From an uncultured Lachnospira sp. (lineage in GTDB: Bacteria > Bacillota > Clostridia > Lachnospirales > Lachnospiraceae): DNA of 37,898 bases. The notes under the pieces were generated by a model. It worked only from the letters and a program-made list of their open reading frames with translations, ran no database searches and was not told the DNA's origin. This document shows, one piece after another, positions 18,220 through 27,549 of the stretch; positions within the stretch are counted from its first letter, which is position 1; each line of letters starts with the position of its first letter. Where the stretch lies: assembly GCA_947306285.1 (NCBI GenBank), contig CAMZGB010000001.1:1-37898 (forward strand), written 5' to 3'. Position numbers and translations under genes: made by a program.

Positions 18220-19026
18220 TTAAAATTGATTGTAATTTATTTCGAAATAGAAACGTCTGATTACTTTAACCATGTCCGTGGGAAGCCGAATATCAGCCTC
18301 TCTACAAAGTTTTGGATCAATCCCATAAAAAGCTTCTGCCATGCTCCCGGCGATAGCAGCAATTGTATCGGTGTCACCACCAAGAGATACTGCATTTCGA
18401 ATAGCATCTTCAAATTCAAATGCATCCAAAAAAGCAGTAAAAGCTTCGGGAACGGTGTCAATGCATCGGGCACTCATTGCGTATCCTGGCCGAATATCAT
18501 CGCAGGTTCTACTTAAGTCATATCCAAATTCTTTTTCAACATAGAGCTTAATATCGTTTTTAAAATATCCATTTCTAAGAAGCCATATACTAGCAGCGAC
18601 AGCTTTTGCGGCAGTAATAGCTTCTGGGTTATTGTGAGTAACTTCTGCAGTTAACTCGGCAACATGCAGGGTTTGCTCAAGACTGTCATATAACCATCCC
18701 GCAGGAGACACTCTCATTGCCGCTCCGTTCCCGTAACTATTATACGGCTTTTTAGAATATCCATGAATCCATGCATTAAATCTTGTGCCATATCCAGCAT
18801 GAGGATATCTTCTCCCCCATTTCTTCATAGATCTAATAAGCGCTCTTTTAATATGGTCGTCATCTTCTCCACGAGTATTTAATAGCGCTTCACTAACTGC
18901 AACAGTCATTACAGTGTCGTCTGTAAAATGGCTGTCATCAGTAAACAGGTCGAATTCTTTAACCTTATGCAAAGTGCTGCCTTCATATGGAGAGCCAATA
19001 ATATCACCTAAGATAGCTCCATACAT
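18220..19026 (-). CDS. ADP-ribosylglycohydrolase (DraG/ARH family)
   Basis: GAILGDIIG, FTDDT, SYGNGAAMRVSP, THN and GGDTDT motifs. Confidence 0.93.
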   Translation of the reverse strand: MYGAILGDIIGSPYEGSTLHKVKEFDLFTDDSHFTDDTVMTVAVSEALLNTRGEDDDHIKRALIRSMKKWGRRYPHAGYGTRFNAWIHGYSKKPYNSYGNGAAMRVSPAGWLYDSLEQTLHVAELTAEVTHNNPEAITAAKAVAASIWLLRNGYFKNDIKLYVEKEFGYDLSRTCDDIRPGYAMSARCIDTVPEAFTAFLDAFEFEDAIRNAVSLGGDTDTIAAIAGSMAEAFYGIDPKLCREADIRLPTDMVKVIRRFYFEINYNQF

Positions 19027-19062
19027 ATTGCAATCAGTCCTTTCCTGGCATAGCTCTACCCT

Positions 19063-19380
19063 TTATTTATCTTCCTTAGAAGTAAATTTTAATTCATACT
19101 GCCCGCCATATCCAAGCATAGCGTTCAATTCAGGGGTTAATTCGCATTCATCATAAGCCGACTGTTCATCTCCGCTATGAAGGAAGATCCAAAGATGCAT
19201 TTTCTTAGCTGCTTTAAGCAACTTACGATAATCTTCTTCATTTACAACATCGCCCACTGTTGTAGCCATGCATGCAAGATGATGCCCATACTGGTCCAAA
19301 ATCGTACCGTCTGGCTGTATTCTGATAATCGTTTCGTTTCCTTCCATTGGCATTTCCATATCCTTGATTAAGATGCTCAT
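19063..19380 (-). CDS. Hypothetical protein
   Basis: AGGAG RBS; MSILIKDMEMP N-terminus. Confidence 0.65.
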   Translation of the reverse strand: MSILIKDMEMPMEGNETIIRIQPDGTILDQYGHHLACMATTVGDVVNEEDYRKLLKAAKKMHLWIFLHSGDEQSAYDECELTPELNAMLGYGGQYELKFTSKEDK

Positions 19381-19515
19381 TTTTTCTGTCTCCTAATTTC
19401 AGAAATAATGTAAAGTACATAGTTTAATGCTTTCGCCATAGCTTCGTTGCTACTCGATTTACATCTACTCCATGTCATAATTATTCGTTTCTCCTTCTTA
19501 TTAGCGGGCTCGTAT

Positions 19516-19803
19516 TTAACTATTCCTTTCTCCTTTTGGGCAATACGAATCATCGCTTGGATACCACGAATAGTATCCATCATCGTCATTATAGCATGGG
19601 CACACTTCATCCGGGAATGAAAGATCAAACCCATCATGCCATTCTTTGCGCCCTTCTTCATACTTAGGACGGTGCTTACAATCCTTGCACCTTACTACCG
19701 GAACCGCGTCTACTGTTGGCGCCGTATCAATCAACAATAATCGCTTTCCATTATGGGAACGCATATATTCCTTTTGAAGCTCGTCAGCATTAATTAACCG
19801 CAT
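19516..19803 (-). CDS. Hypothetical Cys-rich phage protein
   Basis: MRLINADEL...APTVDAVPVVRCKDCKH pattern common in Firmicutes phages. Confidence 0.75.
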   Translation of the reverse strand: MRLINADELQKEYMRSHNGKRLLLIDTAPTVDAVPVVRCKDCKHRPKYEEGRKEWHDGFDLSFPDEVCPCYNDDDGYYSWYPSDDSYCPKGERNS

Positions 19804-20002
19804 TTCGATCACCCTTTCCTATATCAGCATCGATATAGCAAGATACTCTAGTATTACTCCATTTGCATTTCTTTGGGAATGACTTTATGAATCCGTTTTT
19901 TACAATGCACCAGTAATTACTTACTTTTCTTTTTCCAGTAGAATCCATGTTCCCATAGTGTTTGACAAAATATCTGCATCCTTTGCAAGCTCTAATATTC
20001 AT
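19790..20002 (-). CDS. Small Cys-rich hypothetical protein
   Basis: CKGC...C...C; ATGA overlap with the upstream gene. Confidence 0.55.
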   Translation of the reverse strand: MNIRACKGCRYFVKHYGNMDSTGKRKVSNYWCIVKNGFIKSFPKKCKWSNTRVSCYIDADIGKGDRNAVN

Positions 20003-20265
20003 ACGCCCGCTCCCATGCTGTTATCGCCAAAGAAGCAACAGCAACTCTCCATTTTTTCGGAAAGGACTTTTGCCTCTTTAATAAAAGACTCTACATCATC
20101 AAATTTCTTGGCTTTCGCAAATGCCTCGATCCATATCCACGGGACAGCATCTATGGTTTTAGCAGTTTTGATACAGTAAATTACATCATTCCATATTACA
20201 TTTTGCCGGTTGTCATATAATTTTTGGAGCGAGGCCATAACTATATTCCTATCAATCAGTTTCAC
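19999..20265 (-). CDS. Hypothetical protein
   Basis: Likely GTG start (MKLIDR) after AAAGGGGG RBS. Confidence 0.6.
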   Translation of the reverse strand: MKLIDRNIVMASLQKLYDNRQNVIWNDVIYCIKTAKTIDAVPWIWIEAFAKAKKFDDVESFIKEAKVLSEKMESCCCFFGDNSMGAGV

Positions 20266-20299
20266 TTTTGTATTGCCCCCTTTTAAATATCTCTCGTGA

Positions 20300-20464
20300 C
20301 TACTTCGTCTTCTCTCCATCCAATGGCCGTACAGATATCTTTCCACCATGAATGGAGACAAGATACTCGCCATCTTCATGGAAAATAATCCTGGTTCCGA
20401 CAGAAATTGGAATTTCTTCACCTTCGTCGATTACCAAGGGCTGACCTCCAATATACTCGCTCAT
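20300..20464 (-). CDS. 54-aa hypothetical protein (not in ORF track)
   Basis: MSEYIGGQPLVIDEGEEIPISVGTRIIFHEDGEYLVSIHGGKISVRPLDGEKTK; AAGGGGAG RBS. Confidence 0.6.
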   Translation of the reverse strand: MSEYIGGQPLVIDEGEEIPISVGTRIIFHEDGEYLVSIHGGKISVRPLDGEKTK

Positions 20465-20479
20465 TTGTATTCTCCCCTT

Positions 20480-20959
20480 TCATATATTTTTTACGGTTAC
20501 CGGCTCTAACAATGGCGCCCAGTGAGTAATATGGACTCGGCAATAATTATAATGGCTCCTTTCACATTCCCAATAGCACCAAGCACCATCATATATGCAT
20601 GCAATTAAATCAGACCGCGGCTCCTTACTATGAAAATCTAGATACGTTACCTGAACTGGCGTTTCTTCAGCAGGCAGCGCTTCATCGACGGAAGTCCATC
20701 TACTAGAAGCATCGGCGCCCTTATTTAATAATTCAGGCAACGGTTTTACGCGAACGGTGTTCTCATTTTCGTCTAATTTTACCTGCTGCAGGCACCATCC
20801 ATCTCTTCGTAGATTATCAATATATTTTACATAAAGTGCCATGCCATTAATCGCCTCATAAGCTTCTCTCAGCTTACCATGAACAAGTCCTGGCGCTACA
20901 AAGGCATCCGATAGCTCAAGTAACTCACTAGCAAGCTTCTTATAGTTAATTAGTTGCAT
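20480..20959 (-). CDS. DUF551-like domain protein
   Basis: WTSVDEALP...ITHWAPL motif. Confidence 0.7.
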   Translation of the reverse strand: MQLINYKKLASELLELSDAFVAPGLVHGKLREAYEAINGMALYVKYIDNLRRDGWCLQQVKLDENENTVRVKPLPELLNKGADASSRWTSVDEALPAEETPVQVTYLDFHSKEPRSDLIACIYDGAWCYWECERSHYNYCRVHITHWAPLLEPVTVKNI

Positions 20960-21282
20960 GATTCTCTCCCATTCTTCTTTATATCTGAATCTACTTTAAT
21001 AAGCAGCTCCGAATGCGAGGCCCAATCATCCGGAGTTCCATAGCATTCCATATTGAATACATCTTTATTTGGGTCCGACGTTATAATATGGAGACATCCA
21101 TTATATAGGCTCTTATTATGAACCGTATAAAGAATACAGTCATATATCATATTCATCGCCGATATTGTAAGAACGGCAATACATACATCTACGCTATATG
21201 CGTTTAGTAATAATAAAACCGTTGCCACAACCATCGAGATTACCGATATGAAATATCTTCTCCATAAACAATTTATTGTCAT
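20950..21282 (-). CDS. Membrane protein
   Basis: Two hydrophobic segments; AAGGAG RBS. Confidence 0.65.
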   Translation of the reverse strand: MTINCLWRRYFISVISMVVATVLLLLNAYSVDVCIAVLTISAMNMIYDCILYTVHNKSLYNGCLHIITSDPNKDVFNMECYGTPDDWASHSELLIKVDSDIKKNGRESCN

Positions 21283-21294
21283 TTGCGCTTCTCC

Positions 21295-21468
21295 TTATCT
21301 AAGGTCCATATAAGTTATGGATTCCTCGAACTTTACAGGTTTATGAGAATCATTATTAACTGGCTCACTAAGACAATCATAGCATGCCGATTCGGGGTCA
21401 TTTGGATCTTCTTTAAAATGGGAGCATTTATAACAGTATTGATTAAAATACACTTCTTTATATGCCAT
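21295..21468 (-). CDS. Small Cys-rich hypothetical protein
   Basis: KEVYFNQYCYKC...CYDCL...SHKPV; AAGGAG RBS. Confidence 0.7.
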   Translation of the reverse strand: MAYKEVYFNQYCYKCSHFKEDPNDPESACYDCLSEPVNNDSHKPVKFEESITYMDLR

Positions 21469-21481
21469 TCTTAGTCGCTCC

Positions 21482-22018
21482 TTATATATCCGATTTAATT
21501 GCCTCACCTAATAAGAAAAACATAACGTTCTTCTCTTCCTGGGATAATGCTTTTAGAATATCATATTTTTCTTTAGGTAGAGATTTTTTAAGAGTGTCAA
21601 TCATCGACGCCAAAGGGCTAATACCCCAACTTGCAATGTCATTAAAAGATTTGCGCTTTTTTGAAACAACCAGACACGCCTCGCCGATAGCCGATATTTT
21701 AGCGTCACTCATTGTGTTAAAAACATCCCGTACGGTTAAGTCTTTACCAGGAGCGTCCACATTATCTTTGCCATCATTTTCCTCAGACTTTTGCGATTCA
21801 ATTGCAGAAATTTCAAAATCTATAAACTTCCGAGCTTTTCTTAAATCCTCTAAAATTGGACCTTTTCTACCAGCTCTGGAAATGTATTTAACGGCTGAGC
21901 CTAAATTAAAGTTGAGACCCCAGTCTCGGATAACATCTTTTGGCTCATACCGTCGACCTTCTGCATAGTGAGATGGCCGGCTAACATTATCGTAAAAAGC
22001 GATATAGTTGTCCTCCAT
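21482..22018 (-). CDS. DUF3310-like protein
   Basis: V.RPSHY...FNLGSAVKYISRAGRK...EDLRKA motif. Confidence 0.85.
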   Translation of the reverse strand: MEDNYIAFYDNVSRPSHYAEGRRYEPKDVIRDWGLNFNLGSAVKYISRAGRKGPILEDLRKARKFIDFEISAIESQKSEENDGKDNVDAPGKDLTVRDVFNTMSDAKISAIGEACLVVSKKRKSFNDIASWGISPLASMIDTLKKSLPKEKYDILKALSQEEKNVMFFLLGEAIKSDI

Positions 22019-22737
22019 TATTTATCCCATTCCTTTCTCTTATTAATAGCGTTCTTCAAGGCATCGGCTGCACTTTTTCCAAATTTGATGGAAATATCAC
22101 CAACAGCAATGCCAAGTTTTGCCATACTATCGGCAAAATCTTTGCACGCATTTGCCACTGCACTAATTTCGTTGGCCCCTAAGTCTGATTTCTTTATAGG
22201 CTGGGGTTCATAGATATTTAGATGCGGAACGTCAGCTACTAGCTGGTCGGCGTTACCTCTGCGCTGATACATCCACATCACATGGCGATCTCTTTTAGTA
22301 TGCTCGGAAAGTGCATTATCATCTCGGCTATTTTGGAAAACACTTAATTTATCAACCATTATTTTTGCTGCGTTAGTTGAGTTGAACATCTTCTTAGCCA
22401 GTGCTGCGCAAAAAGCAGTGTATACGTCAAACTGATCTTCCGGATTACGAGTAACCATCGTTTTGGTTCCATCATTCCAGAAGACAATCGTCTTTCTACC
22501 AGAATAAATAATTTTTGTAGGCTTAATCATTTCATTGACCTCCTGTACAAAACTAAATGTTTCTTTTTCCTTAGTCATTATTTTTTTAGCAAGATCCTTG
22601 TTGTTGCAATATACACGCACACCATTATCACTGCTGCCAACAATGGCGCGTCCAAGAACATCAATCGGGTTATCATGCTGGTACTTCCATACTACACAAT
22701 CATCGGGCTCATAATATCTATTCCAATCCCAATCCAT
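22018..22737 (-). CDS. Hypothetical phage protein
   Basis: TIVFWNDGTKT.V motif; likely start MDWDW (GAGGAG RBS). Confidence 0.7.
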   Translation of the reverse strand: MDWDWNRYYEPDDCVVWKYQHDNPIDVLGRAIVGSSDNGVRVYCNNKDLAKKIMTKEKETFSFVQEVNEMIKPTKIIYSGRKTIVFWNDGTKTMVTRNPEDQFDVYTAFCAALAKKMFNSTNAAKIMVDKLSVFQNSRDDNALSEHTKRDRHVMWMYQRRGNADQLVADVPHLNIYEPQPIKKSDLGANEISAVANACKDFADSMAKLGIAVGDISIKFGKSAADALKNAINKRKEWDK

Positions 22738-22756
22738 AATAAAACATATCTCCTCT

Positions 22757-22939
22757 CTATTTATTTTTAGACGGTTGATCAATGCCATTATCAGAATCTT
22801 CATGGCATTTTGGGCATTCAGTTAACATTTTGGAAACAACAAAGTCATACTCGGAACCGCATTTTGAGCAAATGCATATTGGAGTATATGCTACGTAATT
22901 ATAGCCATGAGTTTCTTTCATCTGTGTAATCCACTGCAT
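22757..22939 (-). CDS. Small zinc-ribbon protein
   Basis: CSKCG...CPKC; its RBS lies in the last codons of the upstream gene. Confidence 0.65.
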   Translation of the reverse strand: MQWITQMKETHGYNYVAYTPICICSKCGSEYDFVVSKMLTECPKCHEDSDNGIDQPSKNK

Positions 22940-22941
22940 AT

Positions 22942-23652
22942 TTAATAATTCACCGCCTCTTCCCGCGTCATGAAGAAATGAATTCCTGGAGCACATTCAT
23001 GGCTTCTGTCCTCGTCGAAATTATCAACGGAAACTTCTTTCCCGATCTCGTATTCAAACTGGCGGTCATATATACTACGAGCGCAAACGATACCCGATCC
23101 ATAAGGACTGTCACCGAAAATGCTTCCAGGTGTAGATGGTCTGTGCAGTTGCTCAATATCAAGAACTTTAGCTTTATCGCATCTACATTTTCTTCTAAAG
23201 GCACTTCCGCGCCGTGCGTCTTTTGGTATAAGAAGTTTTACTATTACTTCATTATCCTGGCTATAAGCTTTCTTCCATCCTACGAATTCTCCTTCACTCG
23301 GGCAAATTGACGGAAAATATTTGTCCATCGTATTTACGTCGATTTTGACTTCGTCAAACAAACACTTATCAAAACTAAAACGGGCATTATCTAAGTTGGC
23401 GTTTGTTAAATTTACATTATATAACAATGTTCGGCAACCCATCTTTATGCCTGAGAGATCGGCATTTTCAAAGTTGCAGCTAATTAGTCTTGTACACCAA
23501 AATATGCAGCCCGATAAATTCGCGCCTTCAAAATTTAATCCCTCAAGCTCTAAACCTGAAAAATCTAATCCATGAAGATCGGCTCCAGAAAAGTCTCTAA
23601 TCTCTTTGGGTAACTGACTAATAATAAAATCGTGCCTCGTCATTTCGGTCAT
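22942..23652 (-). CDS. Pentapeptide-repeat protein with DUF5758-like C-terminal domain (1/5)
   Basis: A(D/N)LxG repeats; CPSEGEFVGWKK, RKCRCDKA and ECAPGIHFF motifs. Confidence 0.9.
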   Translation of the reverse strand: MTEMTRHDFIISQLPKEIRDFSGADLHGLDFSGLELEGLNFEGANLSGCIFWCTRLISCNFENADLSGIKMGCRTLLYNVNLTNANLDNARFSFDKCLFDEVKIDVNTMDKYFPSICPSEGEFVGWKKAYSQDNEVIVKLLIPKDARRGSAFRRKCRCDKAKVLDIEQLHRPSTPGSIFGDSPYGSGIVCARSIYDRQFEYEIGKEVSVDNFDEDRSHECAPGIHFFMTREEAVNY

Positions 23653-23670
23653 CTCCCATCATAGCGAACT

Positions 23671-24339
23671 TCATATTAAATAATTTACAGCTTCTTTACG
23701 CGTCATAAAGAAATGGATTCCAGGAGCGCATTCGTGACTTCTGTCGTCATCGAAATTATCAACTGAAACTTCTTTTACCGGTTCATATTTAAAATCTTCA
23801 GAAACAATACTATGAGCGATTCCGCCCATACTCTTACCTAATATATCTGCATGTTCAATACTAAGAACTCTTGCTTTGTCACACCTACATTTTCTTCCGA
23901 AGGCACTTCCGCGCTTGGCATCGGATGGTATAAGTAACTTTACTATTACAGGCGTGTTATCGGTTTCATGGACGGCTTTCTTCCATCCTACGAATTCCCC
24001 CTTGCTTGGGCATATCGAGGGGAAGTACTTATCCATCGTTTTTGTATCAATTTTGATATCTCTATAATAACACATGCCAACACTTGTATTATCTAGCCGA
24101 GCATTTGTTAAATTCACGTTAGATAGCCCTGTTCGAAACATTTTTGCTCCGGAAAGATTCGCATTTTCAAAATTGCATCTGCTCAAACTTGTAAACCGAA
24201 AATAGCAACCTGACAAATTTGCGCCTTTAAAATTTAATCCTTCAAGACGTAAATATGAAAAATCTACTCCACGAAGGTCAGTATCAGAAAAGTTCGTAAT
24301 TTCATTGCTCAACTGAATAATAAAATCCACGGTCGTCAT
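23671..24339 (-). CDS. Pentapeptide-repeat protein with DUF5758-like domain (2/5)
   Basis: Same motifs; start MTTVDF at 24339. Confidence 0.9.
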   Translation of the reverse strand: MTTVDFIIQLSNEITNFSDTDLRGVDFSYLRLEGLNFKGANLSGCYFRFTSLSRCNFENANLSGAKMFRTGLSNVNLTNARLDNTSVGMCYYRDIKIDTKTMDKYFPSICPSKGEFVGWKKAVHETDNTPVIVKLLIPSDAKRGSAFGRKCRCDKARVLSIEHADILGKSMGGIAHSIVSEDFKYEPVKEVSVDNFDDDRSHECAPGIHFFMTRKEAVNYLI

Positions 24340-24340
24340 T

Positions 24341-25018
24341 TTAATAATCCACCGCCTCTTCACGTGTCATAAAGAAATGAATCCCAGGAGCACACTCATG
24401 CCATCGATCCTCATCGAAATTATCAACTGAAACTTCTTTTCCGAGTACGTATACAAAAGTCTTGTCAGCGAAACTATGAGCAGCGATGGGGTCAAACTCG
24501 CATAGGCTATTTAAGCATTCAATACTAAGAACCCTTGCTTTATCGCACCTGCATTTTCTTCCAAAGGCACTACTTCTTCTTGCGTCTTTTGGTATAAGAA
24601 GTTTGACTATGACTGAATATGATAGGTCTTCAACTACTGTAACAAAGGCTTTCTTCCATCCTATGAACTCTCCTTCACTCGGGCACACCAATTGAACATA
24701 CTTATCCATTGTATTTTTATCAATTTCGATTTCCTCGAAAGTACACTTATTAAAAGCAACGTTCGCGTTGTCTAGGATCACATTTGTCAAATTTACGTTA
24801 CATAGAATTGTCCGATACATCTTTGCGCCCGAAAGGTCTGCACTTTCCAAATTGCAGTTATATAAACTTGCAAAACAAAAATTACAGCCCGATAAATTTG
24901 CACCTTTAAAATTAATACCGTCAAGACATAAACTTGTAAAATCTACTCCACGAAGGTCAGTATCAGAAAAGTCCTTAACCCGCCTTTTTAACTTTCTAGT
25001 AAAATCTTTTCTCGTCAT
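24341..25018 (-). CDS. Pentapeptide-repeat protein with DUF5758-like domain (3/5)
   Basis: Same motifs. Confidence 0.9.
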   Translation of the reverse strand: MTRKDFTRKLKRRVKDFSDTDLRGVDFTSLCLDGINFKGANLSGCNFCFASLYNCNLESADLSGAKMYRTILCNVNLTNVILDNANVAFNKCTFEEIEIDKNTMDKYVQLVCPSEGEFIGWKKAFVTVVEDLSYSVIVKLLIPKDARRSSAFGRKCRCDKARVLSIECLNSLCEFDPIAAHSFADKTFVYVLGKEVSVDNFDEDRWHECAPGIHFFMTREEAVDY

Positions 25019-25111
25019 ATTTTAATCATCTCCAATTACATCTGCCGCCGTGATGAATTTTATTCCCCGATAATCAGCTCACTATACGGAAGCGACTTAA
25101 TAAAATTGTAA

Positions 25112-25315
25112 TCATTTATTTTCTCCTTTCTCGGCATCAAGTTTGGCCTGCCCAATAGAGTTAGCAAGTGTTAACGTATGAAGTAGATAAGACTTAGTTA
25201 GTTCCATTGCTTGCGCTTCAGTAAAGCCAGTACCGACGGCCTTTGTATAAAATATCCACAAGTTCTCAGCAAGCATCCCTTGTGTATTAATAAAATTGTT
25301 AAGAGGATTATTCAT
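25112..25315 (-). CDS. Hypothetical protein
   Basis: GGAG RBS before MNNPL; GFTEAQAMEL motif. Confidence 0.65.
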   Translation of the reverse strand: MNNPLNNFINTQGMLAENLWIFYTKAVGTGFTEAQAMELTKSYLLHTLTLANSIGQAKLDAEKGENK

Positions 25316-25334
25316 ATACAGTATCTCCGTTTTT

Positions 25335-25607
25335 TTATTGATTATTGTTGGGTGGTCCAAAGAACATAATGTCGCCAAGCATTCTAAAGCCAATTAATTC
25401 TATATCTTTTTCGCCTTCCCACCAGTCATTGGCCCATGTAAACTGCATAGTATCGCCATTAAATTCCAAATACTCAGTTGTTACTCTGCCATCTATAAAT
25501 AACGTTACAAGAGCATCGCCGTAATAGTGAGTTTCGCACCAATCCTCAACAATATTTCCGACTTCGGTATATGGGTCATTGCTGGTAATATTTACATAAT
25601 TATCCAT
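25335..25607 (-). CDS. Hypothetical protein
   Basis: GAGGGG RBS; W.NDWWEG motif. Confidence 0.7.
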   Translation of the reverse strand: MDNYVNITSNDPYTEVGNIVEDWCETHYYGDALVTLFIDGRVTTEYLEFNGDTMQFTWANDWWEGEKDIELIGFRMLGDIMFFGPPNNNQ

Positions 25608-25619
25608 TTCCAACCCCTC

Positions 25620-26006
25620 TCATTGAATATACGGAAGCTCATTTGAAATATCCAAAGGAACATTGCCATCCCATACAAATGAGTTTTCCAAAATATAATT
25701 GTTATAAGTCGCCGCGGTTTTGTTTGCTCTCATTTTTGCTTGGTCCGCCCAAGACTGTTGCTCCTTACTTTCCGAGCCATTATATTGCTCATATGTAAGT
25801 TTATCAGCGGTGTAAGACGATATCATGGACCTGCAAGTATCTTCGACATGCTTTTGCGTTGTGTAATTTGTTGCATCATCCACCTTTTTAATCATTTTAA
25901 TATGGCTATTACCAATGGCACGGCCAATTGGAGTAAACAGATAAGATGTGATGCATGCCGCAATTATCAGTAAAATGATAACGATTACTTTGGTATTTTT
26001 TGTCAT
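25620..26006 (-). CDS. Membrane-anchored phage protein
   Basis: N-terminal TM; AKMRANKTA..YN motif. Confidence 0.75.
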   Translation of the reverse strand: MTKNTKVIVIILLIIAACITSYLFTPIGRAIGNSHIKMIKKVDDATNYTTQKHVEDTCRSMISSYTADKLTYEQYNGSESKEQQSWADQAKMRANKTAATYNNYILENSFVWDGNVPLDISNELPYIQ

Positions 26007-26024
26007 ATTCGTCTCCTTTATTAA

Positions 26025-26786
26025 TTATGGCCTATAGATGGCCACATTACTATATGTGCTTTTTGGGTATTCGACTGCTTCTTCACGTGTCATAAAGAAA
26101 TGAATCCCAGGAGCACACTCATGGCTTCGGTCTTCATCAAAATTATCAACAGAAACTTCTTTCCCAATTTCGTATGCAAAGACTCCATTATAGGCACTGA
26201 AAGCAGTATCCATATTGGTCTCTAGGCCATCGAGTGTCTCAATACTAAGAACTTTCGCCTTATCGCACCTGCATTTTCTTCCGAAGGCGCTACTTCTTCT
26301 TGCATCTTTTGGTATAAGAAGTTTGACTATTACTCTGTGAAATGTAACCGCATCTTCCATAATAACAGCTTTTTTCCATCCTATAAATTCTCCTTCGCTC
26401 GGACAAATTGATGGAAAATATTTATCTATTGTATTTGTATCTATCAAAGCTGAAGAAATGTCGGTGCTACAAAATACTGCCCCTCTAAGATTAGATTTTC
26501 TAAGATTTACAGATTTTAGATGCGAACCAATAAACACAGCATTGGACAAATTAGCCCCCGATAAGTCAGAGCCATTTAAAACGCTATACTTTATAACTGT
26601 ATTTGATAAATTGGCGTTTCTAAAAATAATATTTGAAAGCATTAGATTAGAAAGATCCTCGTTAGAAAGGTCAATACAAGAAAGGTCCAGTTTATTTTCC
26701 TCCGAATAGGGGTTCTCACATAATATATACATAAGTTCTCTTCTGGTAATCCTACGAGACCCCGTTCTATTGACTTTAATATTCAT
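26025..26786 (-). CDS. Pentapeptide-repeat protein with DUF5758-like domain (4/5)
   Basis: Same motifs; AAGGAGG RBS. Confidence 0.9.
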   Translation of the reverse strand: MNIKVNRTGSRRITRRELMYILCENPYSEENKLDLSCIDLSNEDLSNLMLSNIIFRNANLSNTVIKYSVLNGSDLSGANLSNAVFIGSHLKSVNLRKSNLRGAVFCSTDISSALIDTNTIDKYFPSICPSEGEFIGWKKAVIMEDAVTFHRVIVKLLIPKDARRSSAFGRKCRCDKAKVLSIETLDGLETNMDTAFSAYNGVFAYEIGKEVSVDNFDEDRSHECAPGIHFFMTREEAVEYPKSTYSNVAIYRP

Positions 26787-26826
26787 TTGCGACCTCCTTT
26801 ATGCCAATATATTAATAGCTATATTA

Positions 26827-27549
26827 TTATATGGAATAGCTGGCTAGATACGCAACTGCTTCTTCACGTGTCATGAAGAAGTGAATCCCTGGAGCGCACT
26901 CATGCCGTCGGTCTTCATCGAAATTATCAACTGAAACTTCTTTTCCGATTTCGTATTTAAAAGTAAAATCATATGTACTGAACGCAAAATCCGTATAAAA
27001 GCCATCAAGACTTTCAATACTAAGAACTCTTGCTTTATCGCACCTACATTTTCTTCCGAAGGCACTGCCACGCTTTGCGTCTTTTGGTATGAGAAGTTTG
27101 ACTACTACTTGATGGATATTAGCTAAATTTTCAACAACAACCGCTTTCTTCCATCCGATGAATTCTCCTTCACTTGGGCATACAGATGGAAAATATTTAT
27201 CCATCGTGGGCATGTCTATTGAAGCTCTCTCTAGGTCCATATTATAAAATAATGCCCCTTCAAGATTGGTCTTTGAAAGATTTGCCGAGCCTAGGGGTGA
27301 ACCCACAAATACCGCATAAGACAAATTAGCACCCGATAAGTCAGAGCCATTCAAATGACTATTCTTTACGATTGCGCCTGATAGGTTGGCGTTTCTAAAA
27401 ATAATATTTGAAAGATTTAAATTAGAAAGATCCTCGCCAGAAAGATTAATATAAGAAAAGTCTCGTTTATGAGGATGCTTATGTAGCATGCCAAGAAATT
27501 CTGCTCTGGTAATCTTACGAGACTCCGTTCTATTAAACTTAATATTCAT
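26827..27549 (-). CDS. Pentapeptide-repeat protein with DUF5758-like domain (5/5)
   Basis: Start MNIKFNRTES (27549) by homology with paralog 4 (MNIKVNRTGS). Confidence 0.88.
   Translation of the reverse strand: MNIKFNRTESRKITRAEFLGMLHKHPHKRDFSYINLSGEDLSNLNLSNIIFRNANLSGAIVKNSHLNGSDLSGANLSYAVFVGSPLGSANLSKTNLEGALFYNMDLERASIDMPTMDKYFPSVCPSEGEFIGWKKAVVVENLANIHQVVVKLLIPKDAKRGSAFGRKCRCDKARVLSIESLDGFYTDFAFSTYDFTFKYEIGKEVSVDNFDEDRRHECAPGIHFFMTREEAVAYLASYSI

Noticed and set aside
22942..27549. Diversity-generating retroelement (TR/VR) among the pentapeptide repeats
   Set aside because: All copies are full ORFs, the differences inspected are not adenine-specific, and no reverse transcriptase is in the window.
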